Assembly (NCBI GenBank): GCA_963810095.1
Contig: CAWEMM010000006.1
Span: 704,001 to 768,000 of the forward strand
DNA length: 64,000 nt
From: an uncultured Chloroflexia bacterium
GTDB taxonomy: Bacteria > Chloroflexota > Anaerolineae > CG2-30-64-16
Reading direction: 5' to 3'
Numbering within the stretch: position 1 is the stretch's first letter; every line of letters starts with the position of its first letter. The position numbers and the translations under genes are program-made. Positions 22,865 through 33,211 of the stretch are shown here, piece by piece. The notes under the pieces were generated by a model. That model saw only the letters and a list, made by a program, of their open reading frames with translations. It was not told where the DNA came from and did no database searches.

Positions 22865-23757
22865 GAGATAGTCGGAGTGATGTATCGACCTGGGAACGCG
22901 CAACAACACTCGACCCGGCCGCCGCGGCCGCCCGCGACCGTGACCGGCTGCGTGCCGGCATCGTCCTCGGCGCAGTGCTCGGGCTCGCTTATGGACTGGT
23001 GTCGCAACTTGTCAACCGCATCGCACTCCCCGGCATCCCATTGTACCAGCCGCCCGCCGGGCCGCTGGGAAACATGCTGCTGAGCGCGGTGATGGGCGCC
23101 GTGTTGGGCGGCATCACCTGCTACCCGGCCAGCGCAGCCCTCGGCATCCTGTTTGGTGGGCTCGCGTCGCTGGCCGGCATTCTGATCTACATGCTCATCC
23201 GCCTGGGCGGCTTGGGCTTCGGCGGCGCGCTGATCGGCAGCGTGATTTTCTCCGTACCGATGGCGTGGCTGACCATCCCGCTGCTGGCGCTGCTGCGGTG
23301 GGTGGCCGAGCGGCAAGTGGAGGCGCGCCGGGTGGGCGAACCGCTGCTGCGCCGCATGTGGCTGCCGGCCGTCTTGGTCGTCGCCATGATCTTCGTCGCC
23401 TCATTCGAACTGCTGCCCGCAGCGGGCCAGGATAACCTGCGCCGCACCGACGCCTTGATCCAGCAAGGACTGCAGGCGGACTCCGCGGCCGCCCTGCCCG
23501 AGCCGCTGCGCGGGCCTCACATGACCACGTTCCCGCCTGCTCAGAAGACTGGGTACACGCTCGAGTGGACGAAGTACGACCTGGACCGCTTCAACGAGCT
23601 GCGCCCGCCCGCGAACTTCGACCAGCACGCCGCGGTCATCGCCCGGTTCCCGGGCAGCTACTACCTGGTGTGCCTGTACCCGACGCCCAAACAAACGCCG
23701 AACTGCGCGAACTATGACCGGATGCCGGAAAAAGCGCCCGAGCGGAGGGAATCGTAG
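22861..23757 (+). CDS. Hypothetical multi-pass membrane protein, paralog B
   Basis: About 5 TM segments, IALPGIPLYQPPAG, C-terminal NFDQHAAVIARFPGSYYLVCLY...PNC. Confidence 0.75.
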   Translation: MRDSRSDVSTWERATTLDPAAAAARDRDRLRAGIVLGAVLGLAYGLVSQLVNRIALPGIPLYQPPAGPLGNMLLSAVMGAVLGGITCYPASAALGILFGGLASLAGILIYMLIRLGGLGFGGALIGSVIFSVPMAWLTIPLLALLRWVAERQVEARRVGEPLLRRMWLPAVLVVAMIFVASFELLPAAGQDNLRRTDALIQQGLQADSAAALPEPLRGPHMTTFPPAQKTGYTLEWTKYDLDRFNELRPPANFDQHAAVIARFPGSYYLVCLYPTPKQTPNCANYDRMPEKAPERRES

Positions 23758-23772
23758 CAGCATGGAGGACTC

Positions 23773-23843
23773 ACCATAAAGACACCAAGACACGCAGAAT
23801 CACAGAGGCTTCGTGCATCTCCGTGTCCTTGAGTCTTTGTGGT
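23773..23843. repeat. Palindromic intergenic repeat (CACNAAGR 8-mer family), copy 1
   Basis: ACCATAAAGACACCAAGACACG...CGTGTCCTTGAGTCTTTGTGGT. Confidence 0.8.
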
Positions 23844-23873
23844 TCGCCTAAGCCTTCAAGAACGGAGCCGCCG

Positions 23874-24347
23874 ATGGATGCACCGATAGCGATCCAGGAC
23901 CTCTACCCGGAGAACGTGGCCTACTGCTACGGGTGCGGCCGCCTGAACGACGCAGGGATTGCAGATCAAGAGCTTCGCCGAGGGGGAAGAGACCGTATGT
24001 CACTTCATGCCCCGCCCCTATCACATGGCCGTGCCCGGCTACGTTTACGGCGGGCTGATCGCGTCCCTGATCGATTGCCACGGCACGGGGACAGCGGCGA
24101 TCGCCGCGTACAAGGCCGAGGGCCGCGAGCCGGGCACCGAGCCGCCCATCCGGTTCGTGACTGCGTCGCTGAAGGTCGATTTCCACCGGCCTACGCCGCT
24201 CGGTCCCGTGCTCGAACTGCGCGGGCGGGCGCGCGAGGTGCGCGGGCGCAAGGTGTGGCTGGATATCAGCTGAGCGCCGAGGGCCAGGTCTGCGCCCCCG
24301 GCGAGGTCCTGTGCGTGCGCATGCCCGAGGATTTCGGGTCAAAGTAG
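23874..24347 (+). CDS. PaaI/hotdog-fold thioesterase; frameshifted
   Basis: CYGCG, GYVYGGLIASLIDCHG, VTASLKVDFHRPTP. Confidence 0.85.
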   Translation: MDAPIAIQDLYPENVAYCYGCGRLNDAGIADQELRRGGRDRMSLHAPPLSHGRARLRLRRADRVPDRLPRHGDSGDRRVQGRGPRAGHRAAHPVRDCVAEGRFPPAYAARSRARTARAGARGARAQGVAGYQLSAEGQVCAPGEVLCVRMPEDFGSK

Positions 24348-24375
24348 CAGGCTTCAGTAGCAGTGGGGAGGGAAT

Positions 24376-25229
24376 ATGTTTGCGCCGGATCTGCTCAAGG
24401 ACAAGGTGATCCTGATCACTGGCGGCGGCACCGGCCTGGGCCGGGCCATGGGCGAGCGGTTTCTGCAGCTTGGCGCCAAGCTTGCCATCGCCAGCCGCCG
24501 GGAGCCGGTTCTCCGCCAGGCCGCGGACGAGATGATGGCCGCCTGCGGCGGGGAGGTCTTGCCCGTCGTGTGCGACGTGCGCGACCCCGAAGCGGTCGAG
24601 GCGATGATGGAGGCGGTCTGGGCGCACTACGGCGGGCTGGACGTCCTGGTGAACAATGCCGCGGGCAACTTTGCCAGCCCCACCGAGAAGCTGTCGCCGC
24701 GGGCGGTCGACTCCGTCCTGGGCATCGTGCTGCACGGCACCTTCTACTGCACGCTGGCGGCCGGCAAGCGCTGGATCGCCTCGCAGCAGCGCGGGCGGAT
24801 CCTGAACATCGTCGCCACGTACGTCGAGTCCGGTTCGGCCTATGTGACGCCCTCGGCCGCGGCCAAGGCCGGCGTCATGGCGCTCACCCGCTCGCTGGCG
24901 GTGGAGTGGGGCAAGCACAACATCACGACGGTGGCCATCGCGCCGGGCCCTTTCCCCACAGAAGGCGCGTGGTCGACGACTGATGCCCGGCGAACAGCAT
25001 GACCGAGCTCGCGCTCAACCGCATCCCGCTCAGGCGGGTGGGGCGGCACGAGGAGCTGGCGAACCTGGCGGCCTACCTGCTCTCAGACATGGCCGAATAC
25101 ATCAACGGCGACTGTATCGTGATCGACGGCGGCGAGTGGCTGAAGGGTGCGGGCCAGTTCTCGTGGCTCGAGATGCTGAGCGACGACGACTGGGCGCAGC
25201 TCGCCGCCCGCGCGCGCCAGGGCAAGTAG
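24376..25229 (+). CDS. SDR oxidoreductase (2,4-dienoyl-CoA reductase-like); frameshift near 24985
   Basis: TGGGTGLG, NNAAGNF, SAAAKAG, IAPGPFPT, RIPLRRVG, INGDCIVIDGG. Confidence 0.85.
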
Positions 25230-25235
25230 CATCTC

Positions 25236-25295
25236 ACCACAAAGACACCAAGACACGAGGTCGACAACGGCCTCGTGTCTTCATGCCTTTGTGGT
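25236..25295. repeat. Palindromic intergenic repeat (8-mer family), copy 2
   Basis: ACCACAAAGACACCAAGACACGAGG...CCTCGTGTCTTCATGCCTTTGTGGT. Confidence 0.85.
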
Positions 25296-25322
25296 TACAT
25301 CCCTCCGCTCAAGGAGTCAATC

Positions 25323-26483
25323 ATGCTTCCCCAACTGCCGACGTCGTCGTCATTGGCGGCGGCGTCATGGGCGCCAGCGCGGCCTATCACCTGGCCGCCG
25401 CGGGCGTCAAGAATGTCGTCCTGCTCGAGAAGCACGAGTTTCTGGGCGCGGAGGCCACCGGCAAGTGCGCCGGCGGCATCCGCTACCAGTTCAGCACCGA
25501 GATCAACATCCGCCTCTCGCAGATCAGCCTGCCCATGCTCCAACGGTTCGAGGAGGAGACCGGGCAGAGCATCGACCTGCGCTGGCCCGGCTACCTTTTC
25601 CTGCTGGACAACCCGCACGACCTCGCGGTGTTCCGGCAGAACGTGGCGCTGCAGAACTCGCTCGGCGTGCCCTCGTGCATCCTTTCGCCCGACGAGATCG
25701 CGGACACGGGTCCCGCTGCTGAACCTCGAAGGCGTGCTTGGCAGGCGCGTGGCACGCGGGCGACGGCCTGGCCGACCCGAACGGCGTGGTCCAGGGCTAT
25801 GCGGCGGCGGCCCGCCGGCTGGGCGCGAAGATCTTCACGGCGACCGAGGTCACAGGGATTCGGTCGAGGGCGGCCGGGTTACCGGCGTGTCGCACGCCGC
25901 AGGGCGACATCAGCACGCCGGCGGTCGTGAATGCCGCCGGCCCGTGGGCGGGCAAGGTCGCCGCGCTGGCCGGGCTCGACTTGCCCATCGTCCCGCTGCG
26001 CCGGCAGATCGTCGTCACCGCGCCGCTGAAGGGCGTGCCCGACGACTTTCCCTTCGTGCTCGACTTCAGCCGCTCGCTCTATTTCCACCGGGAGGGCAAG
26101 GGCATCCTGACCGGCCAGTCGAACAACAAGCGAGAAGCCGGGCTTCGACCAGTCGATCGACCACGCCTGGACCGAGCAGCACCTGGAGAACGCGATGTGG
26201 CGCTTCCCGCTGCTGGCCAAGGCGGGCCTGCTGCGCGAATGGGCGGGCCTGTACGAGGTCACGCCCGACGCGCACCCGGTCATCGACACGCGTGGCACGA
26301 TCCGCAGGGCTTCACCATCGTCGCAGGCTTCAGCGGGCACGGCTTCATGCACGGCCCCGTCGCCGGCCTGCTGGCGGCCGAGCTCGTGCTCGCACGGCGC
26401 AGGCGCACACGCTCGACATGCACCAGCTGCGCTTCAGCCGCTTTGCCGAAGGCGACCTGGTGACGGAGCACAACGTCGTCTAA
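25323..26483 (+). CDS. FAD-dependent oxidoreductase, DAO/sarcosine oxidase beta-like; frameshifted
   Basis: VVIGGGVMG, TGKCAGGIR, VVNAAGPW, WAGLYEVTPD, GFSGHGFM. Confidence 0.85.
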   Translation: MLPQLPTSSSLAAASWAPARPITWPPRASRMSSCSRSTSFWARRPPASAPAASATSSAPRSTSASRRSACPCSNGSRRRPGRASTCAGPATFSCWTTRTTSRCSGRTWRCRTRSACPRASFRPTRSRTRVPLLNLEGVLGRRVARGRRPGRPERRGPGLCGGGPPAGREDLHGDRGHRDSVEGGRVTGVSHAAGRHQHAGGRECRRPVGGQGRRAGRARLAHRPAAPADRRHRAAEGRARRLSLRARLQPLALFPPGGQGHPDRPVEQQARSRASTSRSTTPGPSSTWRTRCGASRCWPRRACCANGRACTRSRPTRTRSSTRVARSAGLHHRRRLQRARLHARPRRRPAGGRARARTAQAHTLDMHQLRFSRFAEGDLVTEHNVV

Positions 26484-26545
26484 GGCGAAGCAGACCTCGC
26501 GCGTACTGATCGCCTCGGAGGCTCTTGATCCTATGGGAGGAATGC

Positions 26546-28052
26546 GTGGACATCGTTGTCAAGCAAGGTAACATCGCGCAGGAGGCAGCCGAACTGATCG
26601 TCGTCAACCTGTTTCAGGGCGTCACGCTGCCCGGCGGCGCAACCGGCGCGGTCGACGGCGCGCTCGGCGGCATGATCCGCGACGTGCTGGCCACGGGCGA
26701 CTTCACGGGCAAGGCCGGCGAGACGCTCGTGCTCTACACTCGGGGCGCAGTCCCTGCGCCGCGGGTGCTGATCGTCGGGCTGGGCGAAGCGGCCAAGTTC
26801 GACCTGCAGGGCGTGCGGAACGCGTCGGCCACGGCAGCGCGCAAGGCACGTGAACTGGGCGTGAAGCGCTTCGCCACTATCGTGCACGGCGCCGGCATCG
26901 GCGGGCTGGAGCCGGAGCGCGCCGGCACAGGCGCTGGCGGAGGGCGCGCTGCTGGGCCTGTACCGCTTCGAGGGCTACCGCTCGAAGCCGCCCGAAGGAC
27001 TGGAAGCCCGACCCGGAGAAGATGACCGTCGTCGAGTTCAGCGGCGAGCGGAGCGCGGCGCTCGAGGCGGGCATCCGCCGGGGCGAAGCCGTCGCCGCGG
27101 GCGTCAACCTCGCCCGCCACCTGGTCAATACGCCGGCCAACCACATGACCCCGGCCGTAATGGCCGAAGCCGCCGAGGCACTCGCGCGCGAGACCGGGCT
27201 TGATTTCGAAGCACTCGGCCGCGCCGAGTGCAAAGCGCTCGGCATGGGCATCTTCATGGCCGTCGCCGAGGAATCGGAGCAGGACCCGAAGCTGATCGTC
27301 CTCGAACACAACAAGGGCGCCCGCAACCTGCCTACCGTCGTGCTCGTCGGCAAGGGCGTCACCTTCGATTCGGGCGGCATCTCGATTAAGCCGGGCGAAG
27401 AGATGTGGAAGATGAAGGGCGACATGGCCGGCGCAGCGGCGGTGATCGCGTGCCCTCGGCGTTGCTGCCCGCCTGAAGCTGCCGCTCCACGTCGTCGGGC
27501 TTGCGCCCTGCGCCGAGAACCTGCCCGGCGGCCGCGCACAGAAGCCCGGCGACGTCTTCACGGGCATGACCGGCAAGACGATGGAGGTCATCAGCACGGA
27601 CGCCGAAGGCCGGATGCTGCTGGCCGACGCGCTTGGCCTACGCCGCCCGCTTCAAGCCGGCCGCAGTGATCGATATTGCCACGCTGACCGGCGTGCAGAG
27701 CATGGCGCTGGGGCCACATGCCGCCGGCTTCTTTGCGAACGACGAAGCTCTGGCGACCCGGCTGGTCGCGGCAGCCGAGGCGTCGGGCGAGCGAGTGTGG
27801 CGCTTCCCGCTGTATGATGAGTACCTGGAGCCGATCAAGAGCCAGGTGGCCGACGTAAAGAACACGGGCGGCCGCTACGGCGGGCTGGGGACCAGCGCGA
27901 AGTTCATCGAGCACTTCACCGAGGGCTATCCCTGGGCCCACGTCGACATGGCGTCGATGTCGCTGGCAGATGACGACAAGCCGGCCAAGCCTAAGGGCGC
28001 GACAGGGTACGGCGTGCGCTTGTTCACCGCGCTGCTGGAGGGCTGGAGGTAA
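26546..28052 (+). CDS. pepA: Leucyl aminopeptidase (M17); frameshifted
   Basis: [49 protein letters not shown]. Confidence 0.92.
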
Positions 28053-28080
28053 GCCGGACCGCGGGTCAGGCTGAGGCTAA

Positions 28081-28156
28081 AACACAAAGACACCACGGCA
28101 CAAGGCGGGCGGACTTCGATCAGGTTCCAGCCGGCTTAGCTTGGTGTCTTTGTGTT
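28081..28156. repeat. Palindromic intergenic repeat (8-mer family), copy 3, between convergent genes
   Basis: Perfect 15-bp IR AACACAAAGACACCA/TGGTGTCTTTGTGTT. Confidence 0.85.
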
Positions 28157-28180
28157 AACCAGAGGGCGCCGCCGGCCACA

Positions 28181-28621
28181 TCAGGCTTCCGGGCAGACTT
28201 CGAAGCTGTGCGTGATCTGGGTCACCCCGCGAATCGTTGCCGCCACCGAGCAGTACTTCTCCTCAGACAGCTTGATCGCACGCTCCACCTTCTTCGGGTC
28301 CAGCCCCACCCCGGTCGCCTGGTAGTGCAGGTGGATCTTCGTGAACTGCCATGGCGGCTCGGGTGCTTGCTCTGCGTCCGCGGTGATGAGCAGGCTTGCG
28401 AGCGGCTCGTGCTGCTTCTGCAGGATATCCACCACGTCGTAACCGGAGCACGATGCCAGCGCGACGACCAGAAGATCAGACGCCTTCGCGCCGCGCGCCT
28501 CGGTCCAGCTCGGGTCGCTCGGCTTCTGCCACGTACCCGCAACGACTGTCCGCCCCAGGGTGTCGAGGCCCACGAACATGCGGCTGTCTTCACCCAACCA
28601 CTTGACATTGATTCTTCCCAT
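28181..28621 (-). CDS. OsmC/YhfA family protein
   Basis: [19 protein letters not shown]. Confidence 0.88.
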   Translation of the reverse strand: MGRINVKWLGEDSRMFVGLDTLGRTVVAGTWQKPSDPSWTEARGAKASDLLVVALASCSGYDVVDILQKQHEPLASLLITADAEQAPEPPWQFTKIHLHYQATGVGLDPKKVERAIKLSEEKYCSVAATIRGVTQITHSFEVCPEA

Positions 28622-28742
28622 GATGCCTCCGATAAATGCTGCTGCTGTGCGCGGTGCGAAGCGAACAAGGACCGCGAGCAGCTGCGCCTGGCTGCCCGTT
28701 TTATCTTTTGACGCTCAAAGCATGTGCCGGGTTACACCCAAC

Positions 28743-30958
28743 TCAGAGCGCTGCGACCAGCAGCAGGGTCATGTCGTCGGCCTGCTCCGCGCCGTTCCGA
28801 TATGCTTCGAGCTCGTGCGCCAGTGCCCCGCACATTTCATTCGCCGCGCAGGCCGCCATGCTGCTCTACCAGGCCGGTGAGCCGCGACAAGCCCAACAGG
28901 GCGCCGTCCCCGTTCATCACGTCGGTGAGTCCGTCCGTGTAGAGCACGAGCCGGTCGCCCGGCTGCAGCACGACTTCGTGCTCGACGAGCGTCGCCCCCA
29001 CGTCCTCGAACACGCCGAGCAGCATCCCGTTGCCCCCGAGCTGTTCCACGGCGCTCCCACGGAGCAGCAATGGCCGGTCGTGCCCCGCGCGCGCATACAC
29101 CAGCCGGCCGGTGTCCCCGTGCAGGACTGCATAGAAAACCGTCACGAACATGCCCTGCTCGCCCAGTTCGAGCAGCAGGCGATTCACGTTGGCGAGCACG
29201 ACCCGCGGCGAAGGCTCTCGGGTCGCCTCGGCGCGGATCAGGCTCCGGCTCAGCGCCATGTAGAGCGCCGCGGCCATCCCTTTGTCCGACACGTCCGCGA
29301 TCACCAGTCCCACCCGGGCATCGCCCAGGTCGATCACGTCGTAGAAGTCGCCGCCAACCTCCCGGGCGGGCTCGTTGTACGCGGCAAAAGCATAACCGGG
29401 CAGGCTCGGGAAGGTGTGGGGCAGGAAGCTCTGCTGCACTTGCCGGGCCAGTTCCAACTCGCGCGCCATGCGCGCCTTGACTGCCAGCTCGGCCTGCGCG
29501 GCTTCGAGCGCCGCCACCTTGGCGCGTAACTGGGCCGTCAGCCCCGCCCGCTGCAGCGCCAGCGCGGCCTGGGCCGCAAACGTCTGCAGGAGGGCAAGGT
29601 GGCCGGGCGCAAAGCTGGTGCGCACCGTGCTGTGGACGTACAGCGCACCGACCGTCTCGCCTTGGGCCGCCAGCAACACACGGACGCCTGCCCTGAGCAC
29701 CGCGCCCTCGACATCGGGGGTGCGCCAGGGAATGCCCGGGGGCCAGCTGTCGAAGGGTGCAGGCCGGCCCCGCGCCTGCCTCGCCGGAAGGCAGGACACA
29801 CTTCTTCGACCGGTTGGGGCCCGGGCAGCCTGTCCGCGCCCCAGCCGGCCTCCCCGAGCGCGACTCCCTGGCCGTCCGTCGCCGCGTATAACACGACACG
29901 GTCCGCGCCGCACAACTCGCGCGCCTGCTGGCAGATGTGGCGTGCCAAGGCCTCGGGTGTCGCATCGGATAGGAGCACCTCGCTCATCCGCTGCAAGCGA
30001 CACCAGGGCCTCTGTCCGCTGCGCCGACACCCGGTGGGCCGACTCCAACTCGGCGACCTTGCGCTGCAGCGAGGCGTTCGCCTCACGAAGCGCCGCCTCG
30101 CTGGCCGCCTTGAGCGCGTGCGCGTGCTTGATCTGCATGGCTTCCAGCGATAAGACGTCGTCAAGCGTGAAAAAGCCATCCTGGGCCAGTTGGAGTGCGT
30201 ATGCCTCATAGGAGACGACGGTCTGCCGCTCAACGGGCCGGTAGATGTCGAACAGGGTCACCTCGCCCGAGCGCCCCGAGCCATCGCAGCGGGCGCACCC
30301 GTTGGCCTCGTGCGCCACGGTCGGCAGTTCCAACGGCAGTGGGAACCTGGCGCGGAGCTCGGCCAGTTCCAGGGGATTCGGAGGGCGGGAGGTCAGGCAG
30401 GTGGGGCAGAGCGCGGGCATGCGCTGGCTGCTGAGCGACCCAGTCCAGGTGGTGGAGCAGAAGCTCGCGGTCGGCGCCGTCGTCCACCAACTGGCGAACC
30501 AGGCCCACCCCGCGATAGGGTGTGTCGATTTGGGCGAGCACCTTGACGCCCCGGCCGGCGAGTTGGAGCGCGGCTTCCGCGACCCGGGCATCCTCGATCT
30601 TCTCCACGATCAGGAGCTCGGGTGGGAGGCCCATCAACGCAAGCAGGCGGGCCCGCACCTCGTCCGCATCGCCCGCGGCGACCACGTCGACACGCCGGCG
30701 TTCCTCACGCCGCACCCGCAGCATGTCGCGGTTGCCCGAGATGATGACGACGCGACGCTTTGTCTGGGCGAGCAGCCGTCGGGCAACCAGACGAAATAGA
30801 GACCCGCGGCCAGACGGCAAGGGCAACTGGTCGGCTATGGAAACCGAAGGGGGGGTCTCGATGCCGGCAACCAGCACAAGACCGGCCGGCTCGACGACAA
30901 GTTGCTCGACTGCCTCGGCCAGCGCGGGCAGATGATGGATGTCGCTCAGGTCAAGCAT
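28743..30958 (-). CDS. Fusion: degenerate PilB/GspE-type ATPase domain + coiled coil + GAF + PP2C/SpoIIE Ser/Thr phosphatase; frameshifted
   Basis: ORF 30230..31081 continues into 28837..30591. LCPTC...GCARCDGSG Zn motif; GAF VGALYVHS...LLQTFAAQAALAL; PP2C EVGGDFYD, IADVSDKG, RAGH, LYTDG, DDMT. Confidence 0.75.
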
Positions 30959-31053
30959 GAGGCTATTAATGACACACCTCCGAGGTTTGCGCCACTCTGC
31001 AGCGCTGGAAACCTCGGAGGTGTGGAAGGGGTCGACGTGTGCAGGGGCCAGGC

Positions 31054-31435
31054 TCAGGCGGCGCGGTCGCTCCGGTGCCACCAGACGTAGGCGACAATGC
31101 CTGCGATGGAGACGGCGGATCCGACGGCGGCTGCGGCAGCGGCGCCGAGAACCCAGCGCCGCTCGAGGCCGTCCCGTTCTCCGGTCACATCGCCCGACCG
31201 GTCGGGAGTGGCAAACGCAGCTTGAGTGTTTTGCTGCCGAGCGGCGGAGACAAGGCTGCGCTCGAGGTCATCACGGAACTGCACGGCGGGCGTCATAGGA
31301 AGCAGCAGAGCGGCCAGTTCGCGCGCGAGCGCCAGGAACGGCATGACGGTCAGACACGTCCGCAGGTTGAGGCGTTGCGGGCGTGCGCGTCATGAAGAGG
31401 ACCTGGGGCAGGAATGCAAAGAGACTGCCAGACAT
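31054..31435 (-). CDS. Small single-TM protein, probable anti-sigma factor; 5' part frameshifted
   Basis: Follows the ECF sigma; FLALARELAALLLPMTPAVQFRDDLERSL helix, C-terminal TM; ATG at 31435 with GAAAGG RBS. Confidence 0.55.
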
Positions 31436-31539
31436 ACTAGACCTTTCTTACGTGCGCAGTGATTGCTTGCGAGTTGATCGCTTGCCCATTCGGCGCCAGC
31501 GACTCGCCCCGCCTTTCCAGGCGTCCACCGTTTCCAGTG

Positions 31540-32139
31540 CTACCAGTCGCGCGCTTCCAGATCGGCCTTCAGGGCTTTCAACGTCCTGAAATACAACGAC
31601 TTGATCGCGCTTTCTGTTCGCCCCATCACCGCGCCGATCTCTTCGTTGGACAACCTGTCGGCGTACTTGAGAATCAGCAGGCGTTGCCGCTCCTCGGGTT
31701 GCCGTCGAATTGCCGACCACAGCGCACTGCGCCGCTCGTTGCTCTCAGCCACCCGCTCCGGGCCATCCGCGGGCTTCCCGGTGAGCTCCAGATCCTCCAG
31801 TGAAGTCAGTTTCCACCGGCTGTGTGACCGGTGGTGGTTGGCTACCAGGTTGTGGGCAATGCGATACAGCCATGCCACGAACGGCACGCCGTGATCCGTG
31901 TACTTCGGGAGATGCGTCAGCGCCTGGTGAAAAGTACGGGCGGTCAGGTCCTCCGCATCCGCCACGTTGCCCGTCCGGTAGTAGATGTACGTATAGATCC
32001 GATCTACGCACCGGCGGTACAATTCACCAAACGCACCGGGGTCCTCCTTTGCCAACTCGACCAAGGCTCCCTCGGTCAGATCGGCGTAAGGACTCTCCGG
32101 CGCCACTCCGTCTGTTACCTGGCTCTGCAAACGTGGCAT
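31540..32139 (-). CDS. ECF RNA polymerase sigma-70 factor
   Basis: AFGELY, DAEDLTARTF, WLYRIAHN, LSNEEIG...ESAIKSLYFR. Confidence 0.92.
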   Translation of the reverse strand: MPRLQSQVTDGVAPESPYADLTEGALVELAKEDPGAFGELYRRCVDRIYTYIYYRTGNVADAEDLTARTFHQALTHLPKYTDHGVPFVAWLYRIAHNLVANHHRSHSRWKLTSLEDLELTGKPADGPERVAESNERRSALWSAIRRQPEERQRLLILKYADRLSNEEIGAVMGRTESAIKSLYFRTLKALKADLEARDW

Positions 32140-32225
32140 ATCCTAAAACACCCGCATGCCAAAAAGGACGCGTCGCGTCACGAAGTTTCCGTTAAGGTCT
32201 GACAGCATGGCTGTTCGACCGCCTG

Positions 32226-33071
32226 TCAGTCGAGCGCGACTGACGCAGCTCCAATCGTCCCGGGACCAACGTGCACACCGATCACGGGGCCCAGGTCGGC
32301 CACGAAGAAGCGCGCGGTCTCGAACGACTTGGAGAGTTTGGCTCCCATCGCCCACGCCTCTTCGGGCGCCAGGGCATGAGTCAGCGCCAGCTGCACATGG
32401 GCGCCGCGTGCGGCGGTCTCCTTCAAGAGCAGATCCTGCGCTGCTTCAATGGCCTTGGCTCGGCTGCGCACGCGCGCCAACGGCACGACCTCACCGTCGA
32501 CGATGCCCAGCAGGGGCTTGAACTTCAGCAGGGTGCCCACAAAAGCCTGCGCTTTGCCGATGCGCCCGCCGCGCTGCAGATACTCGAGCGTCTCGAGCAC
32601 GAAAACGAGCCGGACCTTCTCACGCAGGGCCAGCAGGCGCGCGACGATCTCGGCGCGGGTTGCACCGGCGTCGACCATCTGCACCGCCTCCTGCACCAGG
32701 AGCCCGAGCCCGATGGAAACGTTCTTGGAATCGATCACTTCCACAGCCCAGCCGGGATGGCTCTCGTACGCGATGATCGCGGAGCTCAGCGTCCCGCTGA
32801 GCTTACCCGAGAGAGGTAAGGCGATGACCTCATCGCCCGCAGCCGTGAAGCTTTCGAAGAGGCTCAGGAAATCGGACGGGGCCGCCTGGGAAGTGGTAGG
32901 CAGCGGGTTGCTTTTCGGGAGACGATCCCAGAACTGCTCGCGGGTAATGTCTTGACCATCGCGCAGCGCTTCCTGGCCGAATACGACGCTGAGCGGCACA
33001 ACCGTAAGGCAAGGGTGGTGCAAGACCTCGGCCGGGGCCTCGCAGGTCGAGTCTGTAATAATGCGGATCAT
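32226..33071 (-). CDS. DegV family fatty-acid-binding protein
   Basis: IITDSTC, PTTSQ, LSGKLSGT, IDS, YLQRGGRI, KPLL, HVGPG. Confidence 0.93.
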   Translation of the reverse strand: MIRIITDSTCEAPAEVLHHPCLTVVPLSVVFGQEALRDGQDITREQFWDRLPKSNPLPTTSQAAPSDFLSLFESFTAAGDEVIALPLSGKLSGTLSSAIIAYESHPGWAVEVIDSKNVSIGLGLLVQEAVQMVDAGATRAEIVARLLALREKVRLVFVLETLEYLQRGGRIGKAQAFVGTLLKFKPLLGIVDGEVVPLARVRSRAKAIEAAQDLLLKETAARGAHVQLALTHALAPEEAWAMGAKLSKSFETARFFVADLGPVIGVHVGPGTIGAASVALD

Positions 33072-33105
33072 AGGGGATGACTCCTGACAAGAAGTGAACC
33101 CACAC

Positions 33106-33134
33106 AGTTTAGGCGCGAGGGGGGACTTTGTCAA
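33106..33134 (-). promoter_or_regulatory. Sigma70-type promoter of degV
   Basis: Minus strand TTGACA-N17-TAAACT. Confidence 0.65.
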
Positions 33135-33162
33135 CGAAAACGCGAACGGCCCTCCAGCCGCG

Positions 33163-33198
33163 TCAGAAACCAGGCCGCTGTGCGAACCTGGTTTCTGA
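33163..33198. repeat. AGAAACCNGG-type palindrome (REP-like or terminator)
   Basis: Perfect 12-bp IR TCAGAAACCAGG/CCTGGTTTCTGA just after the M24 stop. Confidence 0.65.
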
Positions 33199-33211
33199 TG
33201 ACAGGAGCTCC

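Noticed and set aside
31448-31489. Tiny ORF MGKRSTRKQSLRT between the ECF sigma and the anti-sigma
   Set aside because: Only 13 codons with no supporting evidence; it may be chance or part of a frameshifted 5' end.
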